In this document: positions 42,901 through 53,447 of the stretch, one piece after another
How the letters are laid out: the number at the start of each line of letters is the position of its first letter
Position numbering within the stretch: the first letter of the stretch is position 1
DNA from: Anthoceros angustus
Taxonomy: Eukaryota > Plantae > Anthocerotophyta
Assembly: GCA_010909165.1 (NCBI GenBank)
Contig: VJWM01000063.1
Coordinates: forward strand, 1,488,001 to 1,552,000
Direction of reading: 5' to 3'
Length of the DNA: 64,000 nucleotides
The notes under the pieces: generated by a model
What the model was told of the DNA's origin: nothing
The model's input: the letters and a program-made list of their open reading frames with translations, nothing else
The model's database searches: none
Position numbers and translations under genes: made by a program

Positions 42901-44313
42901 CGGGCGCATAGGATCCTTGTGTGATGCTCCTCACTTTTTCATAGAGAAAGCAGTCTTGTGCACACGGCACAAAGGGCCACTTGCCCAACAAAATGTCCAT
43001 ACATTTGCAACATTATGAATCTAGCTTTCAGCTCTAGTATCAAGCTTTGTCATGCTTAATCCATTGTGTCGATTCTTACTAGAGGGAGGAGAAGGTGCGG
43101 ATTGTGCTTGTATGAACACATTATTGTGGACCAAGCATTTTAATGCAAGCAAGCCCGCCACCATTCTGTAGGGTCTCTACATGTTGGGCTTCTCTATTTT
43201 GATCGTTGGCATGCTTCTTTCCGGATAGCATACCCGATAGCTACTAGTGTTACATCGACATCATGGTGTTTCACGGTCGATGTTACAAAATGATGCGATA
43301 TGTGAGCTCACAAGAAAATCTTATGACTCATTTTCAAGGTAAGAGATAGTCTGCTCTTGGTGACTATGTCCCCACATATTGTTACACCGAGTGTTGTCCT
43401 TCGAGATCCTAGTTCTTATCTTCTTTATATCTAAGTTTTGTGTTACTCGGTTGATTGTAACTACAGGATGCAAGCAAAACATTCAAGTTGAAGCTTTCCT
43501 TTTAAGGTTTAGCTTTAATTTTCCGCTTTCTTTTACTTCCAAGCATATGTTGCGTGCCATTTGGTGGCTTAACTCACGCTCATACTCAAAGGCTGTGTTT
43601 GTTGCAAATGCTAGTAAGCCTGCAGACATTGTGAGCAACGGTATGTCGCACCTTGTAAGCTGCTTAATTTTGGTAATAAAAATAAATCGAACATTGGGGA
43701 TTTTGCAAGGTTCTAATTCCCTTAAAAATATGTCTTCATCGCATGAACCAGCCACATGGTGTTTTGGTGTTTTATTTAAAAGTTGACTCACAAAGTTTCT
43801 ATAGACCGTTAATCGGGTTAGAGGACAAAAGCCCTCCAAGGAATCATCCATATTGAAGTGCGCAAGATATCCCTCTACGTGATCATATGGTGCGAAACTT
43901 GCTTTCAATTAAGTTTAGACAAGAATGAACCTGTAACTTGAAGGAGAAGTTTTGAAAAAATAGATTTGTCTACAAGAAAATCCAACGCTTATGTGTGTTA
44001 AAGTGTAAGCAAGTTGTACACAAGTTTCATCTCAAACGAATGCATGGATGTATTTATTTATTTGGCCTACTATATTTTTTGTTAGGATAAATAAAATAGA
44101 TCAATCATAATTTATGATAGAAACTAGAAATACATCTACTGCTCAAGTATCGGTTTTGATGATGTATATGAAAAGGCTAGAGCTTTGTCACCAAATTACG
44201 TTGATTTAAAATCAAACAAATCGACATTACAACATTACTTTTTGTAAGCCCAAAAACAAATCGGATGCAAATTAAGAAAAATAGCCCCTTCTTCGTGATT
44301 ACGGATAATCTGG

Positions 44314-46219
44314 TTAATAACCGTGGCCACCAAAAACATCCAAGTACCTCCGCTAAACAATCACTACCTTCATTATCATAAAAGATTTTGTAGTCATATT
44401 GTTGAGGATCCGTTGTTAAGAAGTATAGGCCTTTGCATCACGTGGGATGAGATTATTATGCCCATCGGCCACTATAGTGTGCATTGCGCCATGTGGGCTG
44501 GTACATCATTTACTCCACATTGCTGTCCTGGCCGAACCAAATCGCCCATTCCCCATCACTACGTGACTGTGGACTTCCATTAGTGTTTCACCTCCCCATT
44601 GCATTTCAAGAGCAAGCCCATCTCGCAAAAGACCTTCAGATAGATATTATTTGGCCAATAACCGCCTATGCCTCGATATACGACCACACATCCGCAGCAC
44701 TAGCTCACAAATCAACCCAATTTGTAAATAGGGTGAATGAACTTGCCACATTGGACAAATACATTAAAAACTATTCAAAGCTCTTGAAATAAAGAAGAAT
44801 AGAATGATATAGTTATATATCACGATACCTTGTTAATGCCAAGAGCATGCTTGTGCCATCATAATTACCGACAAAACCACCACCAAGGACATAGGTTGCA
44901 TCGGTTTTGAATAAATCCAGGCATTGTAGATTGAAGCATCCTGTTGTTTGATAATTATCCGACCGTATTAACACACAACACTTTATATTAGCTAAGTTTT
45001 GAACTAACATGCATTACTAGTGAAGGAATGTTGCTTTCCATAGGAATCACTTATCATTCAATAAAATAAACAAATGAGGTTGTGCATCCGAAAACATTAA
45101 TGGTTCCACCTATTTTTGAAGAAACAAGAAATTTCAAATGTTAGGTGCCTTCCACCAAAACGTTATTATATTTTCTTGGATTATAAAACTCTTTTGAGAT
45201 TTGATTGATATGTTTATAATACTATAACATAAAGCAACATACTTACAATCCACCCCACTTCAGACATGTTATTATTGCTCATGCTAACCCAAATTTGCAG
45301 ATTGTACCATCTTGGTTTGTCATATCGCCTTGAGGATTCCAAAGACTAATACGTTCCACCTCCATTCCACTTTCCGGACTTGAAGCAACGACATACCGCA
45401 TTTTATATCTACATATGTTAATGAATCTTGCATGCTTGTGTACGTATTTAACAATAGCTTCATGCTTGCTACATTGATCTATCTAGTTCTCATTATCATG
45501 AGGACTTCATGGTTTGAGGTACTTACATGATGCGTGACCGATTGAACTTGGCCTAGAGCTCTTTGGCTTCAGATTTACTTTGTGCACGTTATCTCCTTTG
45601 CTTGCACGTAGAATAGGTATAGTACCTTGGACACGAACCAACTTCATGTTGATAGACGGCTCGCGGTTGCAAGAATAGTTGTGATTCGCCTTTTGAGTTG
45701 ATGTTGATGGTTTCTCGTGAGTACGTGGAGCTAGTTTAGATCTTGAGCATCAAATGAAGACAAAGTATGCTAATGTTATAGTTACATCCGCTTGAAATGA
45801 AAGCCATAACGAAAGCACACTTACTTGAATCACATGATCCTTAAAGCGTGGATCTCGTAGTGTTAGTTGGTGCTCAATCTTCACGCAATCTACTATCGAA
45901 CCATCCGTGTCGGAATCAATTCAAACATAAAAATAGGAATACTTTAAGATACTAATGCAAAGAATGGTCAAGCCTAAAAAAAAAACCTTAGAACCTTTAG
46001 TTAATATGAATAAAAATTCCCAATCAACAAGAATTGGGGAATCGATTTAAAATCTCACAAATTAAAGGAAAGTAAAAACATACGTTGTGTGTTTGGACAA
46101 ATGGCAATGTACCATCTTTTGAAATAAAAGCTTCCTTTGTGCCTCAACCAACGCTTTGCTTCCATAGCTAAAAGGAACAAGAAGCTTGCCAATAGTAGGA
46201 TTAGCCAAGTGTTAGACAT
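44314..46219 (-). CDS. Neprosin-family peptidase precursor, copy 8 (last copy; apparent indels)
   Basis: ORF fragment RSDNYQTTGCFNLQC. This copy reads cacctccccattgcat, which gives the in-frame MQWGGE containing the second catalytic Glu. Confidence 0.85.
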
Positions 46220-48466
46220 GGTGCTCAACTAGTCTTCACTAGGAAGTCTCATGAAAAGGAGCTTGAACATGAACTTGTAGCTAATTTAGAACAACTTTAA
46301 CTGGACAATAATGTGAATAAGAGTGAAGCACACACACACATATATAGACCATATCTAAAATTATTTCTTGAACTTATCTCTTGGTATACAATTGATCTTG
46401 ATACATATATGTACACATGCATGTATGCGCCCAGACGCGAATTAGTTATGGATACAGGAAAATGCCCATGCGCAGAGAAGCCGGCCTAATTTTTCTTAAG
46501 CTCGAATGGGGCGCAGCTCATGACTGTCGCTTGCACCAGACATATTGTGAAGCGCTTTTACAAGTTTGGTGATAAAACACTACCCAAAAGTTTTAGTGTT
46601 TGAAGTTTGCCAAGGCATCATGAGCTCTGTCATATCCAAAGGTCCTTACCCAAGCCTGCTACTATTTCTATAGACTATCTGCATGTTGGGCTTCCCTATT
46701 TTGATCATTGGCACGATCCTTTGCGGATATCATACCTACTAATAGCTACCAATATTTTACATTACATCATGTTGTTACAACAGATGTACATCCTCATGCC
46801 ATATGTGAGCTTCCAAGAAAATCTCGTTACCCTTATGACTCTTTTTGAAGGTAAGCAATAGCTATGCTCTCCGGCCGACAATGTGGCGCAATCACATGTT
46901 GATGTGTGTCCTTGAAATCTTGGTTAATATTTAAGCTTAGTTTCCACATTGAAGGTTTGTGTTATTTTGATAATACAGTATCTACGGCATGCATATAGTG
47001 TGATAGACGACAAAGGAAATTGGCAATGAGGTGATTTTTGCAATTCCTACCCTCAGACTCGACACTCAACACACTCAACACGGCTCAACTGTTCTCAATT
47101 GGAGTGGAATGTCGATGATGGTGGTATGATGTATCAATTTCCCATGTCCCATGTCCTCATTTTAAACGTCACAAACTTTCTAACGTTATTATGGATTTGG
47201 TCATAATGAGTGTCTAGCATACCCATCTTGTCAAGGAGGAGGTTGTTATACTTTTTATGAGGTGGAGCACCAGCTAGTGTGGCGCGGCTAGTGGGAGGCC
47301 CAACGGGCGAATCGGGCTTGATGGTCCTCCACATCTGTACTTGGAAGCTGATGACCAAGCTAATCGATTGGTGGATCGGGCGGAGCTTCGTCTAACTAGG
47401 TTTAGCGGCCGATCAATCTCCGCAACAATTAGATAATCACCATCATCATCGCTTGGCGTATTGCTTGCAGGTTGCCTATCAGGCCGATCGCTCGCGGCTT
47501 GCCCATCAAGCCGACCAAGTTTGCTAGAGCACTAGCTACCCTGGTTTGCGTGCTGGAGCTCCAGCTTGGTGAATCGGGCCAACAACAGGTGATCCACCTC
47601 ACCATGAGAAAAATAAAACGCATAACTTCCTTCGTGACGATATCATGAGGTGGAGGTGACTAAAGAATTCTGTTCTTTAGTCAACTTAGTCAATATTGCG
47701 TTACAATTCCAAGCAAGAAATTCGCAAGAATTATTAACGCAAAAAAGTTTGCTTTTCAAATCTTCATTCTCCCACCACTGGGACTCAAGTTTGCTTTTCA
47801 AATCGTCAACTTCACGAACGACTAAACGAAATTCTTGAAATGATAAACCTAAATAAATCCGCGGAGTCACTACGGCTATACAAACACACCACGAAAATGG
47901 AAAGGTAGATGTGGTCACCGGGTGAAGGAAGACCCCGCGGACGAAGGTCTTTCACCCCGCGGCGAAATCGGAGCCCATCAACAACAGAACCATGAAGGCT
48001 TCCTCCTCCTCTCAAACCCATCAACACCATAGGAGGAAGATCGAGCAATCAAGAAAGAATGATCCTACTAAATGTTGTCGATTGCCTGTCTTATTATCCC
48101 TTTTTCATCTTGAAGATCCTAAAGAACCGCAGCAGGTTGCAAGGCGCGACTGCCCCCAAGGATGCTCACAATGTCACAAATACCTCAAACCCTTGAAACT
48201 TGAACGTGATAAGCCACCAAAGGGCCAGCTCACGCTTAGAAGGAACAGAAAGGAGCGGTGAAACTGAAGATTGAAGCTAAAACATGGAAACCTTCAACTG
48301 GAATCTTTTTGCTTGGATCCTGTAGTTGCAGAGCTTTAATGCTGCAAAATCTAGGTAGGAATTTGCTGGTGGTTTCGTCATAAACTACTAGTGAAGGAAA
48401 TCGGATCGCAACCAAGAAGGGTGTCTTGCGGAGATAACAATTGCAAATACAACCACCCCGGGGATA

Positions 48467-48622
48467 ATTACCACTTCTATCCCATGTTGGAATGGCTAGC
48501 TTGCCAATGCCACGCGCTGATACCCGAGGCCCACCAGCCCCTCGTAACTTCCCAGGCTCGATGAAGGAACGTAGCAAGCACAAGGCAAACTTTCAAAGGT
48601 CTAAGTGCTCTGCCCGGAAAAC
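48467..48622 (+). repeat. Dispersed homologue of repeat-unit positions 4981-5121, outside the array
   Basis: attaccacttctatcccatgttggaatggctagcttgccaatgccacgc ... gcacaaggcaaa.tttcaaaggtctaagtgct.tgcccg is shared, in the same orientation, with each full unit. Confidence 0.9.
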
Positions 48623-49829
48623 TTCTCGCGTTAACCTCTCTGACCTTTGAACCACTCGTGGAAATGCATCTCAATTGGGATTCCGAAATGACCAGACTTT
48701 GTGCTAAACAAGCAGGAACAGCACTTTAACAATATTTGCGCATGATGTGCCCAAAATCATTTTCACCCCGGCCAAGCTCCAGGGGCCAGGAGCAACAGCC
48801 TCCCAATCGTGTACAATCCCAGCCAGCCAAGCCACCAACTCCTGCAACAGAGCCAGCGCCCAGCTTACAAGTCTGTCACGTGATTCACAGTACGAATTTC
48901 CCACGTATCCTCTCGTCCATCTCTTGCCCCATCTGGACACGATCTCGGGCTGCATTTGCGGCAGTAAGTACTGGCACACTCCGAGCTCGCAGATGTACAG
49001 TACGCAGCACAGCAGTTTGCACAGGTGGCTGCTCCTGCCATCACTGCAAGCTTGCAAGTTTTGACAGGCTGCAAAGCTGCTGCCACAAATTCATGTACAT
49101 CGCGCAGCTGGAACTTGAAGCTGTGAAGGGTGTAGGTAGTCTTCATAGATATGTATCCATGGACGCCCAGTCTGGTTCTGGACAGTTCCTCCCTGCCGTG
49201 GCGTCGACCTCGTTTTCTTTGCGCGATCAATGCTACAGTGGCAATGAAGAGCATGGGTAGCTACTCCAGCTCCAGCTCGGACTGCCCGCCGTGTGTGCAT
49301 GTACTAGCATTTATGAGCAAAGTCTTGATAAGGGTCGGAACAGTGATTTGAGACTAGCTACCCGCCTGCAAGCTCAGTCTGCAGTCTGCAGTCTGCACAC
49401 GGAAAACACCTTCCGTGTGGTACCTGCTTGACTCGTCAGCTGGCCACACTGACCGACTGTTACCACCCCTTGTCTCGACTGCCCGGCTCTGGCCATCGAT
49501 AGATAAGATGTCTGTTTCGCATTTCTGAGCTGCATCGACACTCTAGCATTTCGCACACTTCTCTTCCGTCCTGCCTGTGTCTTTCTCTCCACTGGGTTTG
49601 GCTGCAGTTGAGATGATCGGGAGATCGGGATATGCTAGGCTGGAGCTACCTGCAGGTCACGCCACTCCAGGAAACGTGATAGAGCTTGCTTTGCTGATTT
49701 TCTGAGTGCGACTGCTCACCCCCTGTAGACTGAAGGCGATCCAGCATTTGGGCCGGGATAATATTGCAGCAAGCAGAGCTTCAGATTGAGCAGTATCCAT
49801 TTGCTCGCAGACGGGAGTCGAAGGGAGGG

Positions 49830-51810
49830 ATGGGCGGTCTTGCTTCTGGGGCCGGCGATGGCAGAAAGAAGAGGACAGTCACCGGGCTGTCGTCTGATCA
49901 GAAACCGTGGGGATGCAGCAGGACAGAATGTTACCAGACGGAGAACGCATCGCTGCCGTTCGTGGACAGATGCGGGCTCTCGGGCCGGGAGCAGCACACT
50001 GTAGTGTCGGACTTGGACGGCACTCTCCTCCGGTCCAGCAGCAGCTTCCCCTACTTCATGCTGGTGGCGTTTGAGGCAGGGAGCCCATTGCGGGCCGTGT
50101 TGCTGCTGCTGGTGGCACCGCTGGCTTGGGTTCTGTACCATTTTGTGTCGGAGGCGGCAGGGATCAAGATCCTCATCTTCTTCAGCTACGCAGGCTTGAA
50201 GGTGTCGGAGATAGAGTCTGCGTCCAGAGCTGTTCTCTGCAAGTTCTACCTGGAAGACATGCATCCCGAGGCCTACAGAGTCTTCATCGCCTGCGGCAAG
50301 AGGTGAGCAATGGCTGCTTCTGCCGAGTGGGTAGGATTGATTGCTTGCTGGAGAATGTTTGATCTCAGTTAGGCATGGCTGGATGTGTGATGCAATTTGT
50401 GACTCCCAGGTACGTGGTGACTGCCAACCCACGGATCATGGTGGAGCCGTTTCTGAAGGAGTATCTTGAGGTGGACGGGGTGATGGGCACAGAGATCCAA
50501 GTCACTGCGGGAGGCCATGCAACAGGATTTGCATCCGGTCCCGGAGTTCTGGTGGGCTCGAAGAAGCGAGATGCAGTCCAGCACAAGTTCCATGGCGTTG
50601 CGCCTGACGTTGGCTTGGGAGACAGAGCATCTGACTTGCCTTTCCTCGCCCTCTGCAAGGTAACTATAATCCCTCCCTCAGCAAAGTTTTACCTCGGCAG
50701 TCTCAACAGAATCCCCGACTTCAGGCCAGGAATCCGCACCTCCGCATCAACGTGAAGTTGGCCAAGCTGCCGAAGCTGCTGGGCTAATGGCTCCAGGTAT
50801 CTGGTTTGACACACCCATATCTGCATCCATCTTTGCAGGAGGCCTACCTGGTACCCCGCAACAAGAAGGTAGATCCTGTGCCTCGCCACGAGTACTTGAA
50901 GCCGTTGGTGTTTCATGACGGGAGACTCGTGCAGAGGCCCACTCCCTTGATGTCACTCTTGATCTTCCTGTGGGCTCCCTTGGGCCTGCTGTTGGCAGTG
51001 GTACGCATGTCCATCGGCATCAGCATCCCCATGTGGTGGGCTCTCCCTGTGGAGACTATGCTGGGAGTGAGAGTAGATATCAAAGGTACGCCTCCTACCT
51101 CAGGAGTGGCAGAGGGAAGAAGTGGGGTCCTGTTTGTCTGCTCACATCGCACGCTGCTGGATCCCATCTTCCTTTCCATCGCCTTGAGGAGGAATGTCAC
51201 GGCCGTCACCTACTCCATAAGCCGAGTATCCGAGGTAAGGATTCCCACCTTGTTCCCCATCTTGTGCTGCTTCGCCAGCTCTGCATTGCCGACTCTTCCT
51301 GTCTGTGTGCAGGTGCTGTCTCCAATCAAGACGGTGCGTCTGACCCGTTGCCGGGACAAGGATGCCAAGATGATGCAAACTCTGCTGGAAGAAGGAGACC
51401 TTGTGGTGTGCCCAGAAGGAACAACGTGCAGGGAGCCGTTTCTGCTGCGGTTCTCCTCATTGTTTGCGGAACTAGCGGATTGCATCGTGCCTGTTACCAT
51501 GCGGTGCCACATCTCTATGTTTCATGGCACTTCTGCCAGGGGCATGAAGGGAATGGATCCCTTCTTCTTTTTCATGAACCCATCACCCCTCTACGAGGTC
51601 ACATTCTTGGAGCAGCTGCCGTTGGAGATGACCTGTGCTGGGGGTAAATCTAGCCATGAAGTTGCCAACTATATTCAGAGGTCATTGGCTGCCTCGTTAG
51701 GATTCGAGTGCACCAACTTGACGAGAAGGGACAAATACAGGATTCTAGCTGGCAATGATGGACTTGTGCCAGATGATGGAAAGCAGGCCAAGAAGATGAC
51801 TGGCTGCTGA
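49830..51810 (+). CDS. GPAT: Glycerol-3-phosphate sn-2 acyltransferase, land-plant GPAT4/6/8-like; exons 49830-50302, 50410-50659, 50839-51234, 51313-51810 (~538 aa)
   Basis: HAD-like N-domain motifs [10 protein letters not shown] and GLGDRASD; acyltransferase motifs CSHRTLLDP and [14 protein letters not shown] introns give a continuous frame. Confidence 0.95.
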
Positions 51811-53447
51811 TCATCTCCTTTCTGGAGGTCGAGTGATGAATAATCCAACCCATAGGCCAGCAGGGTAGGGTGTGACACTCCCTGCACCTCATCTGTTTCA
51901 AGAAACTCGTACTTGCTCAAACAACCTATGCGTAGAGGCGAGATCCCAGAAGCCTCATCACAACTTGTACACCAGCGAAGAGATCACATGTCTATCACCA
52001 AGCTGAAAAATTGTCCTACCAGCCAGCCATTTTAGAACAGACTCACCAATCAGGACCCCGACATACGTGATCCGTGGCACTTCCATCGTAAAGGACCACC
52101 ACCTCGTCGTCCAGTGAGCTGTTCTGGCATGGATAAGTCATCACCAGCAAGCAGGACGTGATTGATGACAGTCCGTGGCACAGCCATCGCCCACCAGAGA
52201 CAGTGACGGTTTCGAGCCCCTCTACCATAAAGAGCGGATACAGTGCAGCATAAATGCCAGTACCAGCAGAGACCAACAACCCACATGCCACTCGCGTTGG
52301 CCATAAATTCCAGTCTGTACCTCTTATGATCCCTTATTCCGGCCCCACTTCCCCGGATAGCGCCATTAGGACAAGACATGGATGCCATTCGATATCACCA
52401 CTACACTGGGACTCTGGACACAACCGCTACATCAAGCAACAACCAACCGCAAGTACCAAGGACTCTAGCAGGTCAATCAGCAGGACACAATATCAGAGGC
52501 ACTAAGACTTGCCTACCCCCTTCTCCCGATGTACCTGTTGGCAGGGTTGACTCCCTCCATCTACAACGTAGAGATTGCCATCATATACCCCTTGGTGATT
52601 TCCTCACGGACGTCTCGGTGCCCACAAACTGGAGCACTATAATACATAATGCATCGCCCCCAGGGAAACAAAGGAGATGGGGAACACAATGGACCAGAGA
52701 AGAATGAGCTTCAAGAAGTAAAAGTAAAACAGCACCAGCACATATCCCGTGCCAGTAAACCCTCCACGTTTCCTTCAACGTCACAAGGCGTACATTTCCG
52801 TGATATGCACCACCTACGGGGCACAACAAACAGAAGCTCACCATAACAACCTACTGATCTACCTGAAACGACAAACATATTCCCCTTTAGATACTGCTGC
52901 ACAAATACCGTGATGCAGACCTAGTTTCTACTAGCGAGTGCAATGGGCACGCGCAACTACAAAGAGCTTCGTCCTCATGAGGCTACAAGAGATCCAATCA
53001 ACCTGAGATCCAACTGCTGAATCCGCTTCCTATTCGAGGAAAAAGTCCCCACAAAATGCCCAGAGGGTCCGAGCAGCTTTGACACAGAGCACACGGCTCC
53101 ACTCCCAAGGTCAGGGGAAGAACCCATGATTCCAGATGTAAGGTCCAAACAAATGATACTCTGTAGTCTGTACAAGCTGTTGACGTTGAATCCAACCTGA
53201 ATACTGCTGTTACAGCCTTGAGATCAGATCCTTATTGAGCTGCCACTGCGGATGGAAGGATCCTGCCTTTCGTGACATCTATTCCTGCGTGCGTGTTTAC
53301 AGAGTCTCCCACAGATCTCTTCCACTGACTGCCCAGACCTCCTGTCCAGAAACCTGCTTAGAGACTCATGACCTTTTGTCTCCACAAGCATAGACAGGGT
53401 TGGTCTCCCGTTCTCACCCAACTGATGCAAAATGTTGCAAATCATGT

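Larger units (their letters stand above)
1..47211. repeat. Tandem array of a ~6.2-6.3 kb gene-containing unit (7 full units plus a partial unit; probably extends beyond the window start)
   Basis: The marker ggtcataatgagt|cttcatg recurs at ~3368, 9629, 15898, 22113, 28327, 34608 and 40906, and homology stops after 47211 (periods ~6214-6306 bp). A second marker, cctccaaggaatc, recurs at ~1, 6295, 12575, 18793, 24989, 31242, 37525 and 43832. AT-rich stretches are near-identical between copies. Confidence 0.98.

Noticed and set aside
613-47000. The many 60-180 aa ORF-track entries recurring in the array
   Set aside because: Most are antisense or off-frame shadows of neprosin exons, or fragments whose ends shift between copies with indels. 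They are not independent genes.
1-47211. rDNA array, CRISPR array or simple satellite as the identity of the tandem repeat
   Set aside because: There are no recognisable rRNA sequences and no short repeat-spacer structure. The unit is 6.3 kb and contains a spliced protein-coding gene.
49374-49398. Short cagtctg x3 tandem upstream of GPAT
   Set aside because: Too short to support any function; likely slippage.
49764-49829. ORF-track start of GPAT at 49764
   Set aside because: It is a TTG start. The first in-frame ATG is at 49830.
49716-51920. Long antisense and alternative-frame ORFs over GPAT (e.g. 49716-50432 minus, 50970-51647 plus)
   Set aside because: These are by-products of GC-rich coding sequence with no recognisable domains.
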